Origin: a virus | Taxonomy: Duplodnaviria; Caudoviricetes | Length of the DNA: 40,508 nucleotides | IMG/VR virus record: IMGVR_UViG_3300017700_000577 | Coordinates: 1 to 40,508 of that record | Direction: 5' to 3' (one strand) | Shown here: one piece after another, positions 26,071-35,183 of the stretch | Position numbering within the stretch: the stretch's first letter is position 1 | How the letters are laid out: each line of letters starts with the position of its first letter | Translations under genes and position numbers: made by a program | Notes under the pieces: model-generated | Database searches by the model: none | What the model saw: the letters and a program-made list of their open reading frames with translations, nothing else | Told to the model about the DNA's origin: nothing

Positions 26071-26817
26071 CTAGTTCGTGACGCCGACGACCGGGCGCAT
26101 GACGTTGGCCGTAATGACCCCCGTCTGCGTGATCGTCTGGGCGGTGTTGGTCGCGGTCGAGACCACGTCCACCTGAATCCAGTTGCCGAGGAAGTTATTG
26201 GAGTTGGTTCCGTAGGCAACCACCTTGGCCGACGCGCCCACGCCCGTACCCGCCAGCGAAGCGCCGACCGAAACGTCATTGAGGCTCGACACGTTGGTCA
26301 GCGTGAAGCTGTTCAGCGTGTTGTCGGCGGTGAAGGTCTGCGAGGCCACCATCAGGGCGATGGGGACAACAGCCTTGGTCGTGCCGGTCGGGGTGTTGGT
26401 GAAGTTCAGCAGCCCGCCGGTCGCGGTGGTTTCCGCCAGAGCGTTAGCGACGCCGGTGAACTGGACGCCCACGTGACCGCTGATCTGGAGGAAGATGTAG
26501 TAGGTGCCCGCAGCGACCGAGGCCTGAGACACGTTGCCGAAGCCCACCGAAACACCCCGAGGGCTGTTGGCGGTGGTGATCAGCGTGGCGACCCAGTTGC
26601 GGTCGATGACGTAGGCCTGCCCATTGGCAAGCGTGGTCGTGCCGGCCAGAACCAGCGTGCAGAACACCCATTCGCCACCGTCGCCAGTGACCATGGTGCC
26701 CGGCTTGAACTGCGGTTGCGGGGAACCATTGCTGGTCACACCCGCCGCAGCCTGCGGACCGTAGAGAGTCGTCGGCGAAGCGCCGAGTTCGTCCCAAGTG
26801 ACTTTAGAGAGAGCCAT
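26071..26817 (-). CDS. Capsid decoration/cement protein
   Basis: Directly after the major capsid gene; F.PGT...G..GEWVF motif; Thr/Gly-rich. Confidence 0.65.
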   Translation of the reverse strand: MALSKVTWDELGASPTTLYGPQAAAGVTSNGSPQPQFKPGTMVTGDGGEWVFCTLVLAGTTTLANGQAYVIDRNWVATLITTANSPRGVSVGFGNVSQASVAAGTYYIFLQISGHVGVQFTGVANALAETTATGGLLNFTNTPTGTTKAVVPIALMVASQTFTADNTLNSFTLTNVSSLNDVSVGASLAGTGVGASAKVVAYGTNSNNFLGNWIQVDVVSTATNTAQTITQTGVITANVMRPVVGVTN

Positions 26818-26838
26818 GTCTTTGATTTCCTTCAGGAA

Positions 26839-27810
26839 TCAGGCACGCAAAACGCCTTGGAGCGAACCATTGGACAGGGTCATGTTACCCGCCCAGACGA
26901 TCAGCTGCACAGTGGCGTCTTGGTTGATGGACTGCACGTTCTCCAGCGGGACCATGTTGCGGTTCGCCGAGGGACGATACTTGATGTAGTCCGTGTTGAG
27001 CGCGTACATGTGGTTGACGGGGCAACCACCACCAATGCCGCCGTCGAAGACGACATCGCTGTTCATGTACTTCAGGTTGGTGAAGCCCGCCTCGCCCAAC
27101 TCGCTGTTGGTGATGCGCTGGATCGCCTGAAGCGACTGCCAGTAGAAGTTGAAGTAGTTGTTGTCCGCCAGCCACAGGTCCGGGTGGTCGTTCTGGCGCG
27201 AGGTGCGCAGATAGACCTGGTTCATGTAGTTGGTGATCGTGGTGGCCGAGACAGCGCCGCCGCCATCGGTGACGCCCGAGAACGACAGGTTGCGCCAGAA
27301 CGGCCACAGGGCGCGGTCGATGCCCCCCACGACGCCGGTTTGCGGCGAGTCAGCGACCAGCAGTTGCAGGCCCCCGATCTGCTTGCCGCTGTCGGCGGTG
27401 CCGTTGGAGTACATGTCGAGCGAGATGTTGTTCGCCATGGTCTTTTCGGCGTTCTTGATCCGGCTCGTCAGGAGCTTGATGATGGCTTCCGACCCGACGT
27501 TCTGCACGTCGCCTTCCAGACCCGAGATGCTCACCGCGACGCTCGCCTGTTTCCAGTCGAACTCGGCAGCGGTGAAAACGTCGGACGGCTGGATGTTCAC
27601 CACCTCGTAGCCCGAATAGCGGGTGTAGGTGCTGTTCTCGGCGTATTCCAGCTCCTGCACGATGGTACGACCACCAGCAGCGGTGTCGATGGAACCACGG
27701 CGCTTCATACGCATCAGAAGCGCGTTGTTCTTGCTCATGTTGTCAGCCAGCTTCCCGGTGCGGTTGCGCAGGGTCGTGGTGACGATTTCGGAAAGACCCG
27801 GAGAGGGCAT
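26839..27810 (-). CDS. Major capsid protein
   Basis: EIVTTTLRNR...ADN.SKNNALL...GG..I...LEY...Y.GY...AGNMT.SN; size and synteny. Confidence 0.88.
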   Translation of the reverse strand: MPSPGLSEIVTTTLRNRTGKLADNMSKNNALLMRMKRRGSIDTAAGGRTIVQELEYAENSTYTRYSGYEVVNIQPSDVFTAAEFDWKQASVAVSISGLEGDVQNVGSEAIIKLLTSRIKNAEKTMANNISLDMYSNGTADSGKQIGGLQLLVADSPQTGVVGGIDRALWPFWRNLSFSGVTDGGGAVSATTITNYMNQVYLRTSRQNDHPDLWLADNNYFNFYWQSLQAIQRITNSELGEAGFTNLKYMNSDVVFDGGIGGGCPVNHMYALNTDYIKYRPSANRNMVPLENVQSINQDATVQLIVWAGNMTLSNGSLQGVLRA

Positions 27811-27821
27811 CGTTTACGTCC

Positions 27822-28844
27822 TTAGATGCGGGACTCAGCGGCGGCCATTGCCGCACGAACATCATCCTCGATGGTGCTTGTGGGATTCGAAGTCGTCACG
27901 GGACTACCGTGCCCCCCCGAACCGGCGACAGACCCGCTCGCATTCTTTGCCTGGGCCGCCTTCAGCTTGATAGCTTCGGTCCGCTTCGCCTCTTCCGCCT
28001 TCGCTTGCTCTCTGAGCAGGATGGGGCGGATTTCCGGGTCTGCCCAGATCGCCTGTTCGTAGGCGGTGGCCAGATCCGTTGCCTTGCCCGATTGAAGCAG
28101 CCCGCTCATGATGGGCCGAACGTTCTCAAAGTAGAGGTTGTTCGGGTCGTTCGCGAAGGCCTCGATCTGGCTCAGCGTCTGGGCGCGTTGGGCCTGTTCC
28201 GTCTGTTGCTGAACGGCTTGGGCAACGGCTTGCTGAACGTGAGTCTGGATATTGAGCCCGGAGAAGCTGGCGGGATCGGGCTGAGCCTGCGGCTGTCCCT
28301 GCGCCTGAGCCCCGAAGGGGATTCCGTACATCTGGGCGATCTGCCGCAGCGCGTCCTGGGGATTGGTCCGCAACATCTCGTCAGCCGCGACAAGCGACCG
28401 AAGGTAGGTCGCATCGTCAGTCCCGGCCAGCGCCAGACGGTCACGGATTGGAGCTAGGACGCTCTCTACCGGCTCGTATCGCTTCAGTTGGGTCGCACGT
28501 TCCTGCAAGCCCTTGTCCATGTCCCGTTCGCGCTTGACGACCTCGGCCTGAACGACCGGATCTAGCGTCTGGAACATGGCCTTCGCACTCGCGGACCATG
28601 CGGCGGGCGGGCGGATGGACTCTTGCGGAGTTTCCGGCTGCTCTTGGGGTGTATCCTGCACCGTTTCCGGGGCCTTGGCAAACTTGCCGTCAGGGCCGCG
28701 CACGCGCTCATCCTGAGGCTCCGGCGGGGTCTCTACCGGGGCAGTCTGCGCGGGGCTGGCGACGACGCCTTCCGGCTCTTCAGCCGCCTTGAACGCAGCC
28801 GCGACGTCGGCCTCGATGTTGTCGTCTTCCTGATCAAAGGCCAT
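27822..28844 (-). CDS. Capsid scaffolding protein
   Basis: Acidic helical protein with RGPDGKFA and PP.AW motifs, immediately upstream of the capsid gene. Confidence 0.75.
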   Translation of the reverse strand: MAFDQEDDNIEADVAAAFKAAEEPEGVVASPAQTAPVETPPEPQDERVRGPDGKFAKAPETVQDTPQEQPETPQESIRPPAAWSASAKAMFQTLDPVVQAEVVKRERDMDKGLQERATQLKRYEPVESVLAPIRDRLALAGTDDATYLRSLVAADEMLRTNPQDALRQIAQMYGIPFGAQAQGQPQAQPDPASFSGLNIQTHVQQAVAQAVQQQTEQAQRAQTLSQIEAFANDPNNLYFENVRPIMSGLLQSGKATDLATAYEQAIWADPEIRPILLREQAKAEEAKRTEAIKLKAAQAKNASGSVAGSGGHGSPVTTSNPTSTIEDDVRAAMAAAESRI

Positions 28845-29134
28845 CACTTCACCCCGTAGGTGCGGACGAAGCCGAACCGGAGCGCAAGGTTGCCGCCCTC
28901 GTCCACTTCCAGCAGGGGATAGGCGGAACCCTCATCCACCGTGTGTTCCTTGATGAGGCTCTGAGCCATCCTCTTGAACGCCGGGGCCTTGGCCTTCTCA
29001 AGAGCCTTCGCGACGCCCTCGTCGTTGTTCATCCACTGCCGGCAGAACAGCTCGTACTCCGAGCGGCTCCATTGATCCTTCGACGGCGGCAGATCAACGC
29101 CGCTATCGGTTACGTGGGTGATCGTGACGTGCAT
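28844..29134 (-). CDS. Hypothetical protein
   Basis: Coupled ORF between the portal and scaffold genes. Confidence 0.55.
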   Translation of the reverse strand: MHVTITHVTDSGVDLPPSKDQWSRSEYELFCRQWMNNDEGVAKALEKAKAPAFKRMAQSLIKEHTVDEGSAYPLLEVDEGGNLALRFGFVRTYGVK

Positions 29135-29427
29135 CAGCTCAACTCCTTGATGGCGTCGGCAATGGATTGCTCGACGTTCGGGGGTTCGTATTCCGGGCGC
29201 TCCTTGATCACGGACGTATCGTTGCCCACGATCTCACAGCCGGCGGCCTTGGTGTCCGCGTAGTAGGCGCTCTTGCTGTCGTAGAGTTTGTTCGTGGCCG
29301 GGTTCCATGTCTGGTCCATGCCATCAGCCCGGATAGCCGGGCACGGGAGGTCCGAACGGGCCGGATTGGGCGCCGCGCGGGTCTTGAGGACCAATTCCCC
29401 GTCTCGCATGACGTAACGCCCCCTCAT
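29134..29427 (-). CDS. Conserved small head-module protein
   Basis: Y.SKS.Y...KA.GC.IVGND pattern following the portal gene. Confidence 0.65.
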   Translation of the reverse strand: MRGRYVMRDGELVLKTRAAPNPARSDLPCPAIRADGMDQTWNPATNKLYDSKSAYYADTKAAGCEIVGNDTSVIKERPEYEPPNVEQSIADAIKELS

Positions 29428-31484
29428 GCCGAGCCCTGCGGATCGGGGTCGTTCTGAAGAGCAAAGCCCTTCATGCGAAGCTCCGCCATGCGGTACGGCA
29501 TCTCAGCCTGCTGCATCTGGGCCTTAAGCCGCTCGATCTCCAGCGCACCGTTTTGCTTGATCTGCTCCGTCTGCATTTCCATCTGCGCGATCTGGAGCGC
29601 GTTGGGATCGCCAGCCGGGGCAGCGCCTTCCTGCTGCGGAGGCATGGCGGCAAGCTCTTGGAACGCCTTCTCGGTGATCTCTTCCATGCCCCGTCCGATA
29701 TCGAGACGGCGGACCACGTACATGAAGACCTCGCCAAGGAACGGCGCGATGGCGGGTTGGGCCGCTACAGCAGGCCCGACGCTGGCAATGGTCGTGCCCA
29801 CGATGTTCATGAACTCGATAGCCTTTGCCTGCTCCTGCTCACGGTCAGGCTCGATGGTCGAATCCGTCTCCACGTCGATGCGGAAGCAGCGGGTGGCGTT
29901 GTCTCTCAGGAGCGCCATCACTTCATCCCACGTCGGGCTTGAAGCGGCGAGCTGAAGCTCCTCGGGAATGTCAGGCTCTTGAGGCGGTTGAGGAGGCTGG
30001 CCCGGTTGAGGCTGCGACGCCATCTGAGCCTGTTGCATCAGCATCTGGATCTGCTGTTGCGCGGCCATCTTCTCTTCCATCGTGGGCATCTTCTCGCCCG
30101 TCATGGCCTCAAGGGTCTCCTTGGCGAAGAAGTTGCCAATGACCTCAGCCCCCAGACGGATGATATCCCGGGCAAACCGCTCCACTTCCTTCTGACGGTC
30201 CCTGACCCGGATGCTGCCCCATTGGGACTTCGTCTGAACCGCCTTGGCCGTCTCTCTCGGATCGCTGGCCCCCCGGATAATGTCCGACAGCCCCGTGATC
30301 TGATAGATATCCTGCATGATCTGGTCGCGGGCCTCGAAACAGGCCTTGAGCGTCCCGGCGATCATGTCGAGCGGCATCCACTCGATAATCCCCTTCATGC
30401 CGCCCTTGTCCTGAAGACCGGCCCAGTTCTCCACCGGGATCAGGCGGTTCTCATTGGTCGTGTCGAGCAGGCGCTGGACGTTGTCCTTTTCCTCCCCGGC
30501 GTACACACCGTTGAGCCTCAGGGCGTCGATCAATCGACCGATGCGCGCCGTAAGCTGGTTCAGCTCCTCGGCCTGGTCCTGATAGAGGTAGTAATCCGGC
30601 GTCGGGATCAGGCTGTCCGAAGCCAGCGTCGCGAACAGCGGACGGGGGCACGGATAGAAGTCCTTCAGCTTCAGCGGGTCGTCGCGCTCATCAAGCACCT
30701 GGGGCCAGGACTTGCTGACCCAGTAGGCCTTGCGCGTGACCTTGTCCCAGATCTCGTAGATGCTGGCCTTTTTGACGATCTCGTCGGTGTCAGGGTCCTT
30801 CTGCCTGAACCCCTTCGGAGCCCAGTCCAGCGGAACAGCCTCGCCGACCGTCTTCCCCGGAATCTCGGAGGGGTTGGTGAACCGCTTCACAAGCTCCGCC
30901 CGCGTCATGCGAACGTTGCGCCCCACCCATCGCACCTCGGGCCACGTCCTGCACGGGTTGGTCAGGAAGTCATCCCACAGGACGTGGTCGATCTTCCATT
31001 CCTCATAGGTCACGCGCTCGTACGGCGCGGCCTCGGGGTCATCTATCGGCGACTCTTCGTCGGTATCCGCGTTGCTGGCGGGCTCGACCGTCTCCATCGT
31101 CGGCTCATACCGGACCCACGCCTGACCACGGCCACACAGCAGGTAGTCCAGCCGTGCGTTCTCCATGAACAGGTCGAAGTCGTTGGCCTCTACCCCGTAG
31201 GATAGAGCCCTCTCAAGAACCTCGCCCGCAGCCTTCGCAATCGGGTCCTGATCGTTGAAGCGCCGGGTGACGACAGGCTGGGGCGGCCTCGCATAGATCG
31301 CCGGGCCGATGGTCTCCACATTGGACCACAGGATAGCGTATCGCCTGTTCGTCGGGTTGTCGTAGGAGCGATCGCGCTCGTCACGGTATCGGCGGATGAT
31401 CGCATGGCAGCGCTTCATCCACGTGGCGCAGTCCTTCTCGGATGCGTCGATCTCCGAAATCCAACGCTGCGCAGTCGTGACCAT
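29424..31484 (-). CDS. Portal protein
   Basis: ~690 aa directly after terL; ILWSNVET..P..Y, IYQITG.SDI.RG, FRIDVETDSTI. Confidence 0.88.
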   Translation of the reverse strand: MVTTAQRWISEIDASEKDCATWMKRCHAIIRRYRDERDRSYDNPTNRRYAILWSNVETIGPAIYARPPQPVVTRRFNDQDPIAKAAGEVLERALSYGVEANDFDLFMENARLDYLLCGRGQAWVRYEPTMETVEPASNADTDEESPIDDPEAAPYERVTYEEWKIDHVLWDDFLTNPCRTWPEVRWVGRNVRMTRAELVKRFTNPSEIPGKTVGEAVPLDWAPKGFRQKDPDTDEIVKKASIYEIWDKVTRKAYWVSKSWPQVLDERDDPLKLKDFYPCPRPLFATLASDSLIPTPDYYLYQDQAEELNQLTARIGRLIDALRLNGVYAGEEKDNVQRLLDTTNENRLIPVENWAGLQDKGGMKGIIEWMPLDMIAGTLKACFEARDQIMQDIYQITGLSDIIRGASDPRETAKAVQTKSQWGSIRVRDRQKEVERFARDIIRLGAEVIGNFFAKETLEAMTGEKMPTMEEKMAAQQQIQMLMQQAQMASQPQPGQPPQPPQEPDIPEELQLAASSPTWDEVMALLRDNATRCFRIDVETDSTIEPDREQEQAKAIEFMNIVGTTIASVGPAVAAQPAIAPFLGEVFMYVVRRLDIGRGMEEITEKAFQELAAMPPQQEGAAPAGDPNALQIAQMEMQTEQIKQNGALEIERLKAQMQQAEMPYRMAELRMKGFALQNDPDPQGSA

Positions 31485-31540
31485 GAACGCCCCTGAGTTG
31501 CCCGAGTTTACCAATCGGGCCGATATTGTCCATAGAGATG

Positions 31541-33109
31541 CTAAATCCTATGGGATTGGGTGGGCTTTGCCCTCGAAACAAGCTGATCGAAGGTCATTTC
31601 CGTTACACCCTTCGGAGGACCGGGCTCTTCAATCGGGGCTGACGCGATGGCGGGATGCGTCATGTCCAGCGCCCGTCCGATCAGTGAGCCGTTGTCCACG
31701 TCGTCGTCATACTTGCCGGCAGGGAAGCGCAGGTACTCGTCCAATATCGCATCGCCTTCCGGCCCTTCAGGGATGTGGACGATCCCCATAGCCGCCCTCG
31801 CCTGAAAGCCCCGCGCCCTGGTCGGCTTGTCCTGAATGCTGGGAAGCCACTCAAGACGGCAGTAGGTCTTGCGTTCGTGCATCCGGCGACGAAGGGCGGG
31901 CTCGATAGCCTTCTGGATTACGCCAGCCTCACCAAACCACGCGAACGGCTTGTGGGCGCTCATGAGGTCGATCTGCTCTTCGATCCAGCGATCAGCCGAT
32001 GCCTGCTCTCGGTAGCCTCCCGGCAGGAGCCAGACGTTCGTGTCCGAGTCGATCCCCCAGACGCGGTGAACGGTGAAGTCGCCCCCCTCTTCCGTCACGG
32101 CATAGTCGCTGGTTCCGAAACGGCGCAGCTTCCTGGGTAGTTGATCCAGAGAGTAGCGCTGGAACCACGGCAGTTTGAAGAACGTCCCCTCATCGGGGCT
32201 GGGCTTTTGCTGGTACAGGCTGGACCACGTGCGGCGGTTGCGCTTGAACGGCTCCCAATGCTCCAGCGTGAACCATCCCGGCCAAAGCGTCTCGCCGATT
32301 TGCCGCCCTAGAGGATCATCCGCACGGTCGGCGATGGCCGGCAGGCAGATCACATGCCACACGCGCCCGTCACGCCCGTTGAAGATCCCGGACTCTCCAT
32401 TCCAGTTCTCAGGAAGGATGCGCCCGGCGGGGTCGTCTTGGTGCCACCGGGTAAGGATCATGACCTGGGGCGAGCCGGGGATCAGGCGGGAGCAGAAATC
32501 ATCAATGTACGCGTCCCATGTCTTGTCGCGGATGACCTGACTCTCCGCAGCCTCGCGGCCTTTGATCGGGTCATCAAGAATACCGAGGGCTCCACGGTTG
32601 CCGGTCAGGCCCGAGAGCAGGCCACCCGCCATGTACTCTGACCCGTTGGTCAGCGCCCACTCATCCGCAGCCGCTTGGTCTGTCCGCAGGCTCACATCCA
32701 TCAGCGTGCCGAACGAACGTGACTGAATGAGCTGACGGGCTCTACGTCCCTGCTTCTTGGCGATGTCACTGGCGTAGCTGGCCAGGATCACGTTGCGCCG
32801 GGGCTTGCGGCTCATGAACCACGGAACAAACACCACATCGGCATAGGTGCTTTTCGCGCTACCCGGCGGGAGCAGCAGCATCAGGTTGGGAACCGTCCCG
32901 TTCTCGATGCCCTGTAGGTTCTTGAGGATCAGTTCGTGATGGGCTGCCAGCGTGTCCAGCCGCATGACGCTGAACTGATCTTCCTCGTTGGCGTCGCTCA
33001 GCGGGACGGTGGGGATATCCACCATGCAGGCGAAGTCACAGAGGCTCCGCTTGGCCAGCTCCCGCCGGGCCGCCAGAACATCACTCGGTCGGAACGCGGA
33101 TGCTAGCAA
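31541..33109 (-). CDS. terL: Terminase large subunit
   Basis: Walker A PPGSAKST, Walker B ILDDPIK, TRWH..D, YQQ.P, C-terminal FP.GK.DD.VD nuclease motif. Confidence 0.95.
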   Translation of the reverse strand: MLASAFRPSDVLAARRELAKRSLCDFACMVDIPTVPLSDANEEDQFSVMRLDTLAAHHELILKNLQGIENGTVPNLMLLLPPGSAKSTYADVVFVPWFMSRKPRRNVILASYASDIAKKQGRRARQLIQSRSFGTLMDVSLRTDQAAADEWALTNGSEYMAGGLLSGLTGNRGALGILDDPIKGREAAESQVIRDKTWDAYIDDFCSRLIPGSPQVMILTRWHQDDPAGRILPENWNGESGIFNGRDGRVWHVICLPAIADRADDPLGRQIGETLWPGWFTLEHWEPFKRNRRTWSSLYQQKPSPDEGTFFKLPWFQRYSLDQLPRKLRRFGTSDYAVTEEGGDFTVHRVWGIDSDTNVWLLPGGYREQASADRWIEEQIDLMSAHKPFAWFGEAGVIQKAIEPALRRRMHERKTYCRLEWLPSIQDKPTRARGFQARAAMGIVHIPEGPEGDAILDEYLRFPAGKYDDDVDNGSLIGRALDMTHPAIASAPIEEPGPPKGVTEMTFDQLVSRAKPTQSHRI

Positions 33110-33569
33110 GAGCCCTCAGCTGGTCCTCTGTGAGCGCACCCAGATCAAGGGAGGCGTTCGATTGAATCGGCGCGCCATCGGGGCCGCTGATCTCCTGGGC
33201 CTTCACGTCACGCCAGTCCGCCGCCTTACGGTTCTTCAGCCAGAAGATTGCAGCCGTGGTGTCTGGCGCGATCTTCGCACGATACGGGGCGTACACGGGA
33301 GCCGTGGCCCCGGCAGGCATGAAGATCTTCACCTCATCCTGCTCGTAGCCGATAGCCTTCTGGTACAGGCTGCGCTCTACCCGCTCATCGGCGGGAGCCT
33401 TCCCCGCTTTTAGGGCCTGACAAAACGCGGGGTGGTCATGCGACCAGCGATAGACGGTGCGAACGTCGATATCGAAAAAGTCCGCCACCTCGATATCGGT
33501 AGCGCCTAGCTTGGCAAGCTTCATGGCCTGCTCGGCGTAGATGTCCTGGTATTTGCTGGGGCGGCCCAT
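33081..33569 (-). CDS. terS: Terminase small subunit
   Basis: MGRPSKY...GATD.E.ADFF...AAIFWLKNR...WRD...GPDG.PI. Confidence 0.88.
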   Translation of the reverse strand: MGRPSKYQDIYAEQAMKLAKLGATDIEVADFFDIDVRTVYRWSHDHPAFCQALKAGKAPADERVERSLYQKAIGYEQDEVKIFMPAGATAPVYAPYRAKIAPDTTAAIFWLKNRKAADWRDVKAQEISGPDGAPIQSNASLDLGALTEDQLRALASIRVPTE

Positions 33570-33793
33570 TAGTCGTCCTTGACCGGCAGAATCTCATCCA
33601 TGCTGGCGCGACGAAACAGCCGCGAGGGCTGCAATTTGACCGTGATATCCATCTGTCTTCCTTGTCCAAGCTAGCCTTGCGCCGCAGCTCTTTGCTTAGT
33701 TGGACGGGTTGAGAATGCCAGCGTCGGGCTGGTCGGTCAAGTTAGGTCGAGCGACGGCCTGCTGTTTGTTGTTTCCCCGGGTCGGAGCGCTGG

Positions 33794-34039
33794 TCATGTG
33801 CACCCGTCACAGTGACTGCAATCGTAAACGGATAGGTCTGGGCACTCCGAAATCTGACGGTAACGCACGCGGCAAGCGCTGATAGCCTCTCGCTGCCCCT
33901 TGTACCACTTCTTGCTTGTGCAGGATCTGGCCTCTAGCCAGTTGGGGTCGGACGGGCCTGTGCGCTTTTTCTCCTTTTGGAACTTCTTGTGCTTCAGCGC
34001 CCTATCGCGCTTGAAGGAGCCGTAGAAGCTTTTAGCCAT
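33794..34039 (-). CDS. Basic Cys-containing hypothetical protein
   Basis: C..KKWY...A...Y.C.HC.G pattern; start immediately after a boundary element. Confidence 0.6.
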   Translation of the reverse strand: MAKSFYGSFKRDRALKHKKFQKEKKRTGPSDPNWLEARSCTSKKWYKGQREAISACRVRYRQISECPDLSVYDCSHCDGCT

Positions 34040-34053
34040 TTGCTGTTTCCCTT

Positions 34054-34104
34054 GTTCATCCCGGATCTAACCCGTCTTGGTCGTCTTGCTCCCATCGGGA
34101 AGGG
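34054..34104 (+). repeat. Dispersed boundary element
   Basis: GTTCATCCCGGATCTAACCCGTCTTGGTCGTCTTGCTCCCATCGGGAAGGG; collinear with the 6094-6143 copy. Confidence 0.82.
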
Positions 34105-34186
34105 CGTGGCGGGCTTCGGCATCCAGTGGGTCGGACGTCGCAGTGCGTAATCATCACTTTGGCCCCTCATGGGGACGGGCAATCCC

Positions 34187-34369
34187 TCAGAAGGCTGGCT
34201 CAGAGCGACTCGGACTAGGCCCCGCCTGGTGAAGGATATAGGTTGCTGGATCATGTCGGATGCCGGAAACGAAGACCTCCTGCTCCAGCAGGAGGCATCC
34301 GTTCTTGCTGATGCGTCGCAGGCATTCCTCGATCAGCTTTTGGTCGGATAGTTCATCCACGAGCCTCAT
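34187..34369 (-). CDS. Hypothetical protein
   Basis: ATGA-coupled ORF. Confidence 0.45.
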   Translation of the reverse strand: MRLVDELSDQKLIEECLRRISKNGCLLLEQEVFVSGIRHDPATYILHQAGPSPSRSEPAF

Positions 34370-34578
34370 GTCGATAGCGCCGGATCGTCGTCATGAGCCC
34401 ACCCCATGCGTCCGATATGCTGGCCACACGCCGCGCATCGCATAAGAGGGAAGTCGCTCACACGGTCCTCGGTAAGCGTGTAGGTCTTGTTGCGGCAAGA
34501 GGCGCAGGCAACGAAGGCCATTGCGTCATCAACCGTGTGCGGAGATTTAAACTCCAGCCTAATAACGTTGTCGTTCAT
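34366..34578 (-). CDS. Small zinc-ribbon protein
   Basis: CASC...CAAC. Confidence 0.6.
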   Translation of the reverse strand: MNDNVIRLEFKSPHTVDDAMAFVACASCRNKTYTLTEDRVSDFPLMRCAACGQHIGRMGWAHDDDPALST

Positions 34579-34663
34579 CGTTATCGCCCCTTAGCAAGTC
34601 GGTAGATGCACGCCAGAGCGAAAGCCATGATCGCCGCAGCTACGATAAACTCAAGGGCGTCGC

Positions 34664-34936
34664 TCATGCCTGTTCCTTTGCGGGTTCGTAGAGGGAGTGG
34701 AACTCGTCGTCGGTGACCGCGAACATGTTGGCCCCTTCCTTCACGAGCCATTCGCCGACATAAGCGCAGTCGTCAGTCGCAACGATGTCGAGGCACGGCT
34801 CACCCTTGGCCGTTGTGCCGTGCGCCAGCCTCCCATCCCTCAACGCCTCAACAGCCCATACAGGGTCCTCCTGCTGGTCATGGCCTCCTGTCCATTGGAA
34901 GGCTTCTATGAGTTGGGGTTTTCTTTGGTAGAGCAT
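34664..34936 (-). CDS. Conserved phage protein (Y.RKP..IEAFQW / PGDYG-like)
   Basis: YQRKP..IEAFQW...VGEWLVK...F...YE motif. Confidence 0.7.
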   Translation of the reverse strand: MLYQRKPQLIEAFQWTGGHDQQEDPVWAVEALRDGRLAHGTTAKGEPCLDIVATDDCAYVGEWLVKEGANMFAVTDDEFHSLYEPAKEQA

Positions 34937-34940
34937 TAGT

Positions 34941-34988
34941 ATTCATCCCGGGATTTGTCACTGGCGTGCGGTTTTGCACTGAAGATGG
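34941..34988 (+). repeat. Dispersed boundary element filling an intergenic gap
   Basis: ATTCATCCCGGGATTTGTCACTGGC-GTGC-GGTTTT-GCAC-TGAAGATGG. Confidence 0.7.
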
Positions 34989-35183
34989 CTAGCCGCGCTC
35001 TTCGTATTGGGTGATTATTTCCTCGATGCACTTATCGCGGCTAGCGCAATGTCCGTACATCCAGCCCGGCGACTCCCCATCAACGTCTTCGTGCTGGTAG
35101 TGCCAGTCACAGTTGCGCGTACCGATGGGCGGCGGATCGAACCAGATGCGCCACGGACCTATCGTGGTGTCGTGCGCGCTCAC
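34989..35183 (-). CDS. Small conserved phage protein (PPIG.RN.DW)
   Basis: W.I.FDPPPI..RN.DW motif; GTG start with GAGG RBS. Confidence 0.6.
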   Translation of the reverse strand: MSAHDTTIGPWRIWFDPPPIGTRNCDWHYQHEDVDGESPGWMYGHCASRDKCIEEIITQYEERG

